Shown piece by piece: positions 12,301 to 27,300 of a stretch of DNA of 64,000 nt. The notes below the pieces were generated by a model, which worked only from the letters and a program-made list of their open reading frames with translations, did not search any database and was not told the DNA's origin. Position numbers and translations under genes: made by a program. Source of the stretch: Antedon mediterranea (Eukaryota; Animalia; Echinodermata); assembly GCF_964355755.1 (NCBI RefSeq), contig NC_092672.1, positions 34,230,437 through 34,294,436 on the forward strand. Direction: 5' to 3'. Numbering within the stretch: the first letter of the stretch is position 1; each line of letters opens with the position of its first letter.

Positions 12301-15300
12301 AAATTCTGATTTCATCATCTACAAGAAAGTGTTTTGTTTTGTGCAGAAAATAAACTTTCTATATTAATTTTCCCAGAAATACTATATATTTTTTATTTAA
12401 ATCAAAATATTCCATTTATACTTTACATTCCATATTTTTTATTTTGCACAACAAGAACAAAAACTTATTACATTATAATTTGTTTATTAATTTTCCCAGA
12501 AATACAACAGTTTTTATTTAAAGATGTATTGTTCCCCAAAACATGAAAAATTAAGATTAATAAAATCAGACTTTAAACAGACCATTTTGCAGTTTTACTC
12601 AAGTTATTCACGTCTGTAAAAAGCAAACAAAAATAAAATTATTTCACTTATGAAAAGACAAAAGTAATTTTTTGCTTTAAATTACATATTTTCAGGAAAA
12701 TAATTTTTTTTTTCGATCCAGTTTTTGGTCAATGTGAATAACTATTTATGTGACATGAAATGGCATATTCAACAACAAAAATTGTAACAAAAATGTTTAT
12801 TTCAATCAAAACATTCCATTTATACATTCGGGATATTAATCATTGTGTTTTAAATTGCCAATGCATATTAATGTATTTCAATGACAAAATAGGATATAAA
12901 TCTCAAGGACAGTATTTCTTGTGTACCATAGCAACCAAGAATGATTTCCTTAGTAATGTTAATTTATAGTACTTGACTAATGATATTTTGTAACCTACAC
13001 AGAAGTGTGTTGATCTTAGTTTCCTACTGGATTTGTTTCTTTTGTAAGTACTTTTTAAATAATAAAGAGTATGACTAGTGTTTTCTAAGCATCTTAAAGC
13101 TCTGTCTACACTATCAATTTAGTTTGATTATATAAAACAGTGTGATGTACCCAAATATGGTATTGATATACCCAAATATGGTACTGTTATGACATCATTA
13201 TGTCCATATATGGGCACATCACATTTTTTTTCACATAAAGTTTAATAGTGTAGACAGGGCTTAACATTTTATTTTTAGTATGCCTGCCAGTAGTTCTGAT
13301 TTCAATGGCCTTTATTGTTTAGAACCTATGATGTTACTTTTTATGAGTTTGATTGAGTAGGTTTTCATTTTACCTTGAATTACCTACTGTAATTGAAATT
13401 ATTCAATCTTTTTGTCAGCCTGGATTAGCAGTGCCCATTTCTCACAGGGCCTGTTCAGACTTATTTATACCCACTAAAGGGCCTTTCACACCTGTTCCGG
13501 CACGGTTCCGTCGAATCGAATGCCAATGTTTCGTTTTCATGACGCTCCACGCGGCCAAGCACCAATCGATATGCGCGTAGCCGCGTAAAAACGATTGGAT
13601 TTGCCGTCGCCGGACCGGAACCGTACCGGAGCAGGTGTCAAAGGCCCTTAAGTCATGGACCAAGTTATGATTTATTTTGAACTGTCGCTTGTGATTGGTC
13701 GACTCACTTGCGTTGCATCCTAGTGGGAACCAAGATTAACTTTGGTTGGTTGGTAACCAACTTATCCAGGTAAACTAAACCTTATTAGGCCCTACTGTAT
13801 ACTATACAATATCTCATAATGCCTTTATTTACTGTAGAGGTTTGCTTTTGAAATTTCTAAATTATTTAGAATGTATAAATATAATGACCTGACAAACCTT
13901 CAAAGTACCCTCTTCCAAACCCCCACCACCTCCCTGTAAACATTGGACCTTTTAAATAGTGTGGTCCCTGTGGATTCCCTGTCCAATTCCTCTTTGTTTG
14001 TATACAATGTTTCTTCATTTAAACATTGTGCCTCTAATTTTAATAGCATGGTCCCTTGGATTGATTCCTTGTAATAATTTAATTGAATTTACTATGCAAT
14101 CAAGATGATAAAACCTACACTGTGATTAATGATTTACTGGCTTATTTTGTAATGAATGAATTATAATAATCTTATAATATCTTGATTAATTTCAATTAGT
14201 ATAATTAACAATGCTTAATCATGACGCTATAAATTTAATTAGAACTAACAATGAATCCAGTACCTTTAAGCATATTAATTTATGGTTATTTACAAGGAAT
14301 GTCCGGACACAAGTATAAAGCTCTTTCCACACTGTCAAACTTTATGTGACAACAAAATGTGATATGCCCATATATGGACACGATTACGTCATATCACTAC
14401 CATATTTGGGCACATCACACCTTTTTTTAGAAGTGTAGACAGAGCTTATTACAACAAATGTAATGCTTGGAGTCCCATGCCATATGTTACAATAAAAAAT
14501 TAAAATTTGATATTAAAATATAAATTAGGCTGATCATGTATGATGCTAGGCTGATGATCTAAAGTTCGTGGGTTTGTCGAGCCCCTCATAAGAACCCCTT
14601 GTAAGAAACCCCCTTTTTTAACAAAGCTTTCACAAACATACTGTACAAATTAATTGACATTTCAAATTTGCCAAATTTACCATGTACCATTCCCATAGTA
14701 ATATTTTATTATATCACTTACCACTTTATGTGAAGAAATAAACAGATTTTTTACTATAAGTAAATTATTAACATATATAATAGTTTAACATTAAAGTGTT
14801 CCTTCCATTTTAGTTTATACAGACTTACTGATTACTGTATGCTGCTAATCTTTCTATATAACTGTTGCTCTCCTTCACACTTCACAATAGAAGATTATGT
14901 TATATTGTATTCTAGTATGTGGGTGGTGGTGAATCTAATCTCTCATATTTGTTAAACAGTATATCCAGCTATAATAGCCACATTAACATTTTTTTGAGTA
15001 ACATACTGTAACATGGTTGGTTGGTATAAAAAGTAAAATGAAAACTGAAAATCCGCATTTACATATTTTGTTTTGTTTGTTATGCAAAGTGGTATGTGAT
15101 AAACATTATTACAAACATTTGTCAGACTAAAATACAATTTGAAGTAACGTACATAAAAATAAAAACTTTAAACTGAGCTTTGACGTGAACGATGTTGTAG
15201 GCAATTAAAGCGGACTGCATTAACATGCACTTAACATAGTAGAAAATGTTGTTTATTTACATTAGTGATTCGTTAATCTCACTTGACATTTTCAAAATGT

Positions 15301-18300
15301 TGGTTTTTCCCCTCAATCGTTCTCTTGACACTGTAACACTTTCCAATATTGACTCGTGTTTTAGTTTTACAATATGTTTTATTTACAATGAATTGTACTG
15401 GAAATAACCTATTCGATAAACAGTCATTTCTATTGTCAGATTAGCACTTTCAATTAATGTGTTGTCATGTATGCAATATATAAAAACAACATGTGCAAAG
15501 GGTTCCTAAACGTTTAGTAAAATGATAAATTGTTATTATTTGACGCCTGTATGGTTATTTCATACATAAGAGACCTACAAACATTCATTTGGTTTAGTTT
15601 TATATTTTATTGAGCATTCTGTATTAATTAGGTCAGGAATATTGTAAACATGCATTTATATACAGTACTGTACATGCCTATTTCAATCAATTTTGCTATA
15701 TAAAAATGGAAATCGAAAAACAGAAAAGAATAAGACATACAAGATTATATAGTATAGGAAAAATCTCTTTAGAGGATTGGCAATATACTATGTATTGTTG
15801 TGTATAATAATAATATAGGGAATTATGCCTCAGTTTAATTACATTTTCAATTTGGATTATTCCAGGTTTCTGAGCAAGAAAAATATGAATTAAGACGTCA
15901 ATTAGAGCAGCTACAAACGCAATATGACAGTAGACTACTAGATCTGCAAGATGAGGTTATATATCACAAAGATAAGAAAGCAAGCCAGAATGCTGTCCGT
16001 CGTTCCTCAGAGATAAAGCGACAAGAAATTATAGATGAATTAACGGAGCAAAACCAACGATTAACAACTCAATTGAAACAGGTACAAACAAAATATAAAC
16101 ATCATGGTCTATTTCGTGCCTAGCTTACCTGGATAAACCAACATTAGCATCTCTCTCCAAAGACAGGAATACACATTAAAAGTTTCTTACCCTTATGGTT
16201 CAATACTCATGGCTTGTCTCCTTGATTTTTTCTTGTCACTATTAACATTTATAAAACATCCATTACAGTTTATATAATGAATTGTTTTTAGTCACAAGAA
16301 ATTCTCGTTATTTTTAGAATATGTATATAAAATTGCTTTTTTTTTCTTTTAGGCATCTCAGACTGAAATTGATTTACATAGTGAAGTAGATAAATTAAGA
16401 GAACAAGTAAATTCCAAGAACTCAACCATGCATAGCCGTAGTCAACTTTTAGAAACATTACAAGAAGAGGTACAGTTAATGTTGTTAGACAAATGTCAGA
16501 AATTTTAAACAGCTTCACAGAAAAAACAGATAACATTTTCTTTTTTGAAAGAGCTATAGTGTGAAAAAAACAGAGAGTACTTTATTATCTAAAAATTTTG
16601 AGGTTTTAGTTGTTTTTCGCTATGGAGAAGGGCGCCCAATTTAAAGTTTGCTTGCTCTGGTGTATTTTTTCCACTTATATTTATTATTGCTATGTTCAAT
16701 ATAGGTTGTATATTTATTATCTTACTCTGAATTTTGCTTTATTTTTGGAAATAAAAGTTATTATTAATACTAATACTTAGAGATATTTATCAACTGACTT
16801 CCAATAGAGTTATACAAAAAAAAAGAAAGCTCTACATACCACATTTTAAAAACAACCACTTTTTGTTCATTTTGTCGACACCCTAATTAATCATAATATT
16901 ATGTTAAAATTGGATACTTCCTTCTGTACCCACCCATTTCTCCTACTCAGAGCTATTGCGCTTAACAGATTATATCCGCTAAACATTATTCACTTAATTA
17001 ATTAATTATTTAATTAATTAGAGCATTATTCTGTTGTGTAAAATAATTAAACTTTATGTTTGTTACCTTTGCTTTCATTTTCTGTAGGTTGAAATATTAA
17101 CCACCGCAAAATCAGAATTAGAAAAACGACTAAGTATTGGATTAGAAGAAAGAAAATCGTTAACTTGTTCTATAGAAGAAACTAATGATAATGTACATAT
17201 GTTGGAAAGACGCAATAGAGAAACAGAAGCACAAGTTAGTATCATCATTATCTTGTCATAAATTAAGAATTTGATTAGTTAATCATCACCTTTGTTATCA
17301 ACATAATAATCATTATTGTTGTTTTTCTAATATTTTTATATCAATGTTTTATAACTATTATAACCATCTGTTTCCTAAATATTATTTCATCATCATTATT
17401 ATCATCACTATTATCATATTTTAATCATCATTTATTATATTTATGATATTTGAAAACAGTATTTGTAAAGGCAACATTAAGTCTATTTAGTATGTCTGGA
17501 CAATAATTATAAAATAAAAATAACATATATTAATAACATATTAATAATTGTGTATAAAGAAGCTTCATCATTATTATATAATCATTATTATTGTTATTAT
17601 TATCATCAGTTCATCAATAACTTTATTATCATCAATATTATCATATTTTTATCATCATTTATTGATAATATTCAAAAACATTATTTGTAAAAGGCTTTTT
17701 ATTAATTACTTAGTATTCACAGAAATTAACAGAAAAGACGCGACTGCTAAATATAAATTATAGCCATCCCTTCATATTAACCTTAATGATATATTAATTC
17801 AATTTTGATAAACCACTTAAAGTTTTGAAAAAATAAAACACAATGCATCCCTGCCATTATATATCATCAGCAAAGATCTAGTTCTACAATTGCAAATGGA
17901 TAAATACTATTGATTTGAAATGATGTCACAACATCGCGTGAGAAGAAACGGTTCGCAGTAATCTAAAGCAAACAATTAGAATCGTTGAAGACTAATTCTT
18001 ATGATGAATTATATAATGGAATATTTTAAAGTACCCAAGTTATACTTTATAATCTTATAAAAACCTGTCTGTATCCGCTTTCTTTCGTGTGACAATATGC
18101 GTATATTCCTTACCACCACCTCTTTGATCATTGTATAATTAATTAAAAATAATCTCGTACTTAAATGCCTATCAGCCTATCTTTCATCATCGCTAATTTT
18201 TATTTTGTCGACTACCAAATTGTCCCGGATTGCGTCGGATGTCAATCTTCCTAATTCATATCGTGGAGACAGTTTGCCGACAGAGTGCAGTTTCCATGGC

Positions 18301-21300
18301 AACAGGTGATTAATTTTTCGATGAAAGTACTCTAAGGATAAATTCTACGAATGAGAACTGTCGGACTCCCGCTGTTTGTCAAACTTGCTTTTTATTTTAT
18401 TAAATTTCCAGTTTTATACTTTTATTAGTAATTTAACCTTGAATATTCCTTGATTCAAAAACTAATTTTTAAAAAAATGTAAAAAATAAAAAATTCAGAT
18501 ATTAAAAAAAATATATTTTTTGTATTAAAAAAATATTAAAATTTAAATACAAATGAAGTTAATTTTTGTACATATTAAAAAAAAATTGAAATATGGATAT
18601 TTTTTGTGTCATTTAATTGAATATATATTATTAATAATTGCAATTATTTGAAGATATTTGTAGTAGCAAGTATGAAATCTATTATTTACTCTAGGTAGTA
18701 CGTATTAAAATGGATTACTCTCTATTTCTACTCTGTTTCACTATATTTAGATTAAGATACAAGATACAAGAAACTTTATTTGTCTTCTTAAAAAACAGAA
18801 GAAATGTTGGCTGCTGTCAGCTAATTCGATTAAAACATATATATATAAACTGACTAAAAAATGACAAAATTATGAAACGCTTACATTAAAACTGGTTTCC
18901 TCTATATATACATTTTTGTTTACTCAACATAAAGCATTTCATTATAAATAATACAAAAATATTAAAATATTCTAGAATGATGAAATTTCTACTATTATTT
19001 CATTCATTCATATTGCACAAATGACAAAGAACTCATTGTTTTATTTATTTCACATGTCAGTCAGTTGTCTCACTCACTATGAATCAATAATACCAATTGT
19101 ATTAATCTAGTTACCTGTGTGCAGACGTGTTGCCCTAATTCTACTATAAACATGATTTTCATGGTCACTTTTAATTATAATAGTAAATCATCAGGTATCA
19201 CGCGATATGAATTATTTCATAATCAAAAGCTGTTTCCAGTTAAGTTTGGTATTTTAATAACTGATTTATATTATAACAAATATAAATGGTGTATATTAAT
19301 TTAGTTTTTAAAATATGTTTGTTAAAATCATATGGAATGATGCGATAATATTCTCAGTGAAGACAAAATTTTAGAAATTAGTTAAGAATCAATTAAAATC
19401 ATTATTAAATATGATTACAATTAATTTAATATTCAGTTTTCTTTCTAAAATAAAACAAATTTAGCCTCAATAAAAAATATGTGTCTACTTCATGCCTAAC
19501 TTACCTGGATAAACCAACAATAGCCCATGCTCTCCAGAGGGAGGGCTTAGATACGAAAGTAAAAAGTTCCAAGAACACCCCTGTACCATAATAGACTAGG
19601 CCGCAACCACGCCCTCATGTAGGAGCATACCACCGTCATCATTTTCTTTCATAACTGTAATTTTGTTATTATTACCAATGGACAGACTGACAAACAAACT
19701 AACTGACAAACTAAACGCCTAAGATTTTATATTTTTTGATGTAATTTCAGTTGCGATTAAAAGATTCAGAACTCAAAGAACTACGAGAACACAACCAACA
19801 ATTAAGTGAGCAAATAGAAAGTCAAAAATTGATGAAATTCTCTCTGGATGAACCGTTTCACGGAAGTAATTCTCTGATGGCAGAGCTGGAGAATGAACTA
19901 TCCATGTCTGTGCCAAACTCTGCTACAGGGTTTGGCATTGGGAATTATAACGAGATCGAATGTGATGATGATTTTGAGGACGACGACGGCAACATGGAAG
20001 TTGAACTACCTGGAATGAGACCAACCTTTGATCAGGTAGTTTAACAATTATTATTTTAGTAAATAAAATTGTTTATTTGACCTTTGAGACCGTATCTCGC
20101 TATGATTACATATCATAATGTTATTGATTGGAAGCAAAGAAAAAGATAAAAATTTCTACATTTAGAATTACTATACTATAAAAAAAACAAAAATATGTGT
20201 GTCAAAGTCAACTGTTTGAAAGCCTTTAGAGCATAATAGCGTATTGTTATAGTATGATGGTTATTCTGATACTTATTATTAGAGGTTAAATAAGTCAATT
20301 GAGGCAATTTATCTTAACCGTCTTAAAAGAAAAACATTTTTTTTTTGTTCAAAATCATAAAATGAAATTGTTTTCGCTTCAAGGGCGACAAGCATCTGTA
20401 TAGAAATGTTGATGCTCTAGCTTATTATTGATGTAATATATCAATTTGCAATTTAATGACTAGCTCTTGTCAGTGCTATTGTGTACAGCCAGTAGAATCC
20501 ATCTTAAAACTGACATTTTATTGAATTTTGACAAAGGTTGTGAAAAAGCTTAAATATAGCGATCAAAAGAAAGAAAAAAGAAATCTAAAAATACATTTCC
20601 AGTTGTTACATTAATCATTTAGTATATAATGAAAAACTTGAATTCTAGTCGTAAACAATTTGTGAGATTTTGAAAATCAAAAGCGTTTGAAGTCTTTATT
20701 GCTTCAATGTTTTCCCTACAAAACAAAACATGATTAAAAATTAATCATGGTACTCTCTTTATTTTGCAGAACATTTATTATGGAGTTTTTACAGAGCTTT
20801 TGCAACTTTTAGCAATATTAAAAGATGATAATTTAGAAGATGATGATGATGGTGACAATTTAGGTGCAATAACAGAAGATACAATTGTGGACTTGATATC
20901 AGAAATAAAGCAGCTTGTGGAAGCCAAGGTAACATCAACTGATAACATTAGTAAACTAGAAAGCCACTCCGAGAGGGCATACCTCCGCCTACTGTAAAAT
21001 TCTCCTACATAAGATTTCTCCGGTAAAAATATATATATATATATTTGTGTGTGTCTTAATGCTGTTTGTGATTTAGGCTAATTTCATTACAAGCATGTGT
21101 ATGCGAGTTTGGTGTAATGGTTATGTAACAAGCCTTTCAGTTAACAATAGCTTCAGTTGACTAACAATAGAACAGCAACGCGAAAATCAAACGAGTGAAT
21201 TTGAAAAGAAATAGGTTTTTTAAACTACTCGCATCAAAAAATGTGCACATTAAATCAAATTATGTTTTAAAATTACAAATCACAAATTATAACTATTGCC

Positions 21301-24300
21301 TCTTGTTAAAAAATTAAGTTTTTTAGACAAGTAGTTCTCGAGAAAATGCAATTTCAGTTTACTTGTTACTTTAAGACTGCTCGCCGGCTTTTGAAAAATT
21401 CTGTCCTATCTTTTAACACTAGCAGGTCTAAAAAAGTATACTAAAAAGTGGTCCAGAATTGGGACTGTGGTCCCAAATGGTCCCAAAATTTAATGGAATG
21501 GTCCTTGACCACATATCTATCTGTCTATTCATTTTGGTAAAGATCTTGTAATTACTTTTTGAGTAATCCTGCTAACAAACAAACAAACAAACAAACACAC
21601 GCTACCGATTACATATACCTCCTTGGCGGAGGTAAATGATATAACATCAATTGATAACATTAGTAAATGATGTAACATCAACAAATAACATTAGGCCTAC
21701 AAAGTTAACATAAGAAATATTTGGATTGATAACATTGTTTAGAATTTACAAACACAACCCTAGTGGCATTTTCCGGACGAAATTTACTCCAACTGGTATT
21801 AAACAACTTTTTCGTTAAGCTCTGTTTACATTATCAAACAAGTTTGACAAAAAAAAGTGTGATGTGCCCATATATTTGATTGAAATATATATTTATACTG
21901 GGTATGGTAGTGATATGCCATATGGTAGTGATATGACATCGTGTCCATCAAATTTTTTTGTCACATAAAGTTTGATAGTGTAGACAGAGCTACGGAGACG
22001 GAGGAGTTGGATAGCCGAGTGGTTAGGACACTTGACTGTCGTACAGATAGACCCGGGTTCAATGCCCGACAACTCCCAGTCCACTCAGCTGTAAAATGAG
22101 TACCTGGTTGAAAATACTAGGGAGAAAAAAGGCGGCGTGGAAAGGAACTGGCCACCCTACCACATAATGCCGAGGCTTAGTACAATGAGCTCCTAACAGT
22201 TCATTCCCCTACGTTCAGAGAACACGGGACTCACCCTTTACCCTTTTACCTTGTCTTAGATTTCTAACTCTCATAAGTCGAAAACTGATGAAATAAGTGC
22301 AACATTGGAGTCTGACCTGGAACAAATGCGAGACGAGTTGTACAAAACATATAGCCAGCTGGAGGTCTTACAGACTGAAATAAACCGACAGGACAACGAA
22401 CTACGTCAGAAAACAATAGAAGTTGAAGCTGTAACCACGAAGGTAAATCAACGATGAAGGGATCATGTGACTTGTAGTCATGTGATTTATGGTCATGTGA
22501 TCGTGTTATGATGAACACCGCTATTTATATATTTTTTATTTTACGTAGTACATCCTAGTATCTTTCCTAGATATCTATAATTTATACCCCCTTTCCCATC
22601 ATTTTTATTTTTTCTCCCTTATTTCTCCTTTATTCCAAAAAAATAAAAAATATTTATGTAGCCGTTCAGGTTAAAAAAAATTTTATTGGAGAGAGAGAAG
22701 TATGAAAAAAATTGACAAATGAATTATATTTATTGAATACATAAATAAATAAAAGTTTACCTCATTGTATATTGATACATAGATGTATAATGTGTGTCTA
22801 GAGAACAAACATACAATCTCTGCCTTTAAGTTGAAAATCCTAAAATTGGTAACAACAGAACTGCAATATATTAAGAATAATGAAAGAGCCTATAATATAT
22901 GTTCATTTAATTTACCTTTAGCCATTTTGTATTCAATAAATTGCAAATTTTGTCAATGATGTAGAATCAATAACCATGTTGTTGATTAACTCTAAACTAT
23001 TGTGGGAGTTGATTTCCAAGGCTATTAAATTAAATATAACCTTTTGTATTAAATGTTGTACTTGAGAATAATATAATTATATCTGTGTTGCCTTGTATTC
23101 TTTCTTTGTTTTTCTGTCTGCAACCAACATTTTTCTAATTTGTAGAAATTTATTTCAGTTTAATTGATTGTTTTGTGATTTGATTATAAACATGATGCGG
23201 TAATTAAGCGAGCTTAATGAGCGCTTTTAATTGACAGTTCGCTTGATGAGGAATATTTGTTGATGTTCATTAAACACAAAGTATTAGCTTAGTGAGTCTT
23301 CGTATGTGGCCGCTTTATACAGTGTTGATGTACGTCTCTCTTAAATGCAATTGCTAAATAGCTGATGTTACAACTCTTAGATGCGTAATTAGTTTGCTAC
23401 GTGACTTAGTAAATTGTGGGTGGTTTGCTGATTGTGAAAAGTCAACATTTTTATTGTATTAGAAATAGAAAATGTAGAGAGGGACGCTTAGAAAGGGAGT
23501 TAATATTACTGTAAAATAATGACATTAGGGAGGTTTCGCAATCTTACGAATACGATAACGAAAACGGATACGTCATACATTTGTGAAACTTTTGAGCTGA
23601 TCCCCATTTTATATTCGTAAAGCGTATTCGTGTTGACGAATATCACCAGTCATATTCGTAACTACAAAACAAGTTAGTTTTTGATCTATTTTGCACATTT
23701 TGCATTTGAATCAGGAATGATTCATGATTATAATATAATTATAGATTTATTGAAAGTAATTTACTAAAGTAATTTACTAAAATGCCAAGTCAATTTCGAT
23801 AAATAGCAGTTTTTAAAGTTCTCACTCGCTTTGATGTTACGCTAGGCCTAGGCAGCCAAGCACCAAGCAACACGTACCTGCTCTTCGCTCAAATTTACCG
23901 CAGTCATATTTTGGACGCGCCTCAATATTTCATTGCCATGCGAAACAGATTTTTTTATGGCTTACGAAAACGAATACGTGTGCGTGACGTTTTCGTTATC
24001 GTATTCGTAAGATTGCGAAACCACTCTAATATGTATATTTTTATGGGAAAAAAAATTGTTCACTGGAATAGTGTTCATCCACAAAATAATATGCAGACTT
24101 ACAGTTGCTTTGTGTAACATATAATATTTGTTATTTTTACATACAGTACATGCATCAAATTAATTTGATTTATACCACCATTTTTTAAGCTAGTTCACAA
24201 TGAGCCTGGATTCTGGTCCAGTGGCCAGTAAAAATCATACAAAAATAGGTGTAGTGTTAATGTTTAAGAAATAGGACTAATAACATATGCATGAACCACA

Positions 24301-27300
24301 GAAAAACGTACGATAGCCCAGAGTTTTTCTCTGGCCATTGGATAGATTTCAAGCTCGGTATAAATGTAGCGTTGCTTTGAGGACAAAAAAACATCATGTT
24401 GATATAAACTTTGCGGTACACCACATATATTTACTTCTGAAAAGAGATGTTAAATTTCTTGTCGTTAGATCAATATACTTTGATCTTCCGCAATAGGGAG
24501 AACAAAAAAACATGTCATAAGTTGATATAGCTGACATCACCATACAATAATCAATATCTCACAAGCAGTTTTAAATTGGACTTCCCGTTGACATTTGACC
24601 TATTGATTAAACCCAAGTATATAATCTAAAGCCATCTGTCTCCGAAATCTAATTAATTCTAAAATATAACAATTTGCAGAAAGCTACAGACATTTTAATG
24701 TGCATGTGCAATTTGTGGGCTGCGATTATTATCATCTCCACAAAGAGACAGAAACTTTGCCGTGAAATAATATAATTTGGGTGACTACAACAACAAAGTT
24801 GTGATACAGTATACAGAACCTTAAAATAAACTGAACATGGCCGAGGGCTTGGGTACGAAATTTGGACAAAATTAGAGAGTGGGATTATACTACTTGAGCA
24901 TGGGATTATATTTGGTCATCTATATATAAATATCTGTACAAGAAGTTAAATTATTACTGGCTGCCTTGTGTAAAATACTAAAAGCTGGTAAAAAAAATGA
25001 GTGAAATGGAGAAACAGAGACTTTGGCCTGAATGATAATAAACAATTTAAACTTTAAGTGGTTGTAGTATTTTTCACATAAATACCGGTAATAAAAATTT
25101 TAAAAATAGACAATGTAGTTCATTAAGTATGTGGTATTCAATAATTAACATTTATGATGTTAGTTTTTAGGAATAATATTTTCCTAAGAGATTATTTTGA
25201 TGTGTGGGAGGATCGAGACTTTTTGTACTACGCCCACTTTGTATTCTTAGATGAATGACATTTTCTTTCTGTTTTTGAATGAGGTAATTAGGATGGCCTC
25301 AAATAGATTATAATTATGATGATAAATAATGACTTTTAGTTTTAGATATTAATGGTGCGAGGTAGGGGTGGGGTGGTTGGGTGCTGGGGGTCGTGGGTAA
25401 AATGTATTGATTTCATTACAGAGGATGTAATGATTCAGATACTGCATGCAGATATGATGATGATAAATAATTACTTTTAAATATTAATTAATAATGAATG
25501 GTGTGCGTTAGGGGTATGGTGGTTTGGTGGTTGGGTGCTGGAGTAAAATGTATTTATTTATTAGAGGAGTATCGAGATATTGTGTGCAGATATAATGATG
25601 AGAATAATGATGACTATTTGATGGTTGTGGGTGTAACATGTATTTAATTAGAGGAAACAGGATAGTCAATATGGTAATTGTGATTATGATGATGGCTGTG
25701 AGCCTTTATAAAAGGATGGTCAACAATGATGATGCTTATATGAATTATAAAAGTGTAGAATAACTAATTTTTGTATTTATAAACTTTAAAATTGCATTGT
25801 AAAAAACAGCCTGATTCTATGTACTGACCACATGGCATTATCTGTCTCATATCAAATAATATACAGTGTACAGTATTACCTGTGGTGCCTATAATTATTA
25901 AGGTTAGATTAAGCTTACAGCCTATTATACAGGCATCACATGTGACAAATATGTGATGGTTAGATTAGGCTTATGGCCTATGATACAGACATTACATTTG
26001 ACAAATATGTGATGGTTAGATTATGCTTGCAGCCTATAATACAGGCATCACATGTGACAAGTATGTGATGCTGTATCACAGAGTTTGCTTATAATAGTAA
26101 TACTGTATAAATGATCGGCTTAATAACAACTACTTAAAAAGTTCCCACACAGAAAGCTTCCAAAAGCTCATTTCATACCACCTTGCATCAGTCTTAACCC
26201 CTCTTCGCTTTCTATCTCTTACTCAACTCAATCCAGGCATGCTTAAACACACAGGTACCAGACTTCGAGGAACATGAGACTCATGATATGATCTCGCACC
26301 TGTTTCTTACCCACGAAGATCTCACTGAGGTAGGTCTCACACATCCGTTCTCATCATGTATCTTTATCCAACATTTCATTGACATATTTTTTATATATTC
26401 TAAAAGCATGTACACTCATTTTGAAATCATTCTGCGGAAAATGCATGACACACTTTTAAATGAAAGCATGAAAGTGATTTAATATTTTTATTATATTTGT
26501 TGGTGGTGTAAAGAAACATTCGAAATACAGTAAAACCTCTTTTTAAGACACACCTATTAAAAGAGACACTTTTTCCTGTGAAATAAATGATATTGTTGTA
26601 ACACTACCATTCAATGGACATTTTGTTGGCCCTAAAGGTGTCCCCTTTATAGAGGTTCTAATGTATAAGCATACCCTACAATATTTGAAACACTGAAGTA
26701 CTAATTTAGAGAAATATTTTATTTATATTTTGACAGGTTAATATAACGCAATTGCTACATAAAGTTAATTTGCATATTCCACTTGTATAGCCAATCATTG
26801 TTGTATGTAGATTTTGTTTAATATGCTAATTATGCTTTTGCATGCATGTTTTCAATATGGCTTAATATTTATGCCTGGTTCTATGTATACGATTATTATT
26901 TAAAATATGCAATGTTCATATTTTAGTTGAATATGGATGTAAACTGTAATATTTAATTTTACTTTTTTATATGATTTTTCATCTAACCACTAAATTATTA
27001 ATTTTCAATAGATTTTGTTGGGTTTATATACTTCATTTATAACCATTAAATGTGTGTGTTTAATTTTAACAATAAATTTAATATTATTTTGCTGTTAAGA
27101 TATCAGAACATGATTCTGTGCTGCAGGAACTGGAACTAAAACATAAAGATAGCTTAACAAAAGATCGCATGATTCAACAACTTCAAGAAGAACGTGATAA
27201 AGCTCAAGCCAGGTAATGCATAGAATACTAGCAAACTAGACAAGAAAAGTGTGATGTGCCCAAATATGGTAGTGATAATGTTTAAATATGGTCGTGATAT

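Noticed and set aside
17240-17763. hydrophobic Ile/His-rich ORF
   Set aside because: Product of degenerate (ATC/ATT)n repeats in an intron.
22000-22075. tRNA gene
   Set aside because: A and B boxes are present, but it continues into a SINE body and tail with no Pol III T-run after the tRNA-like part.
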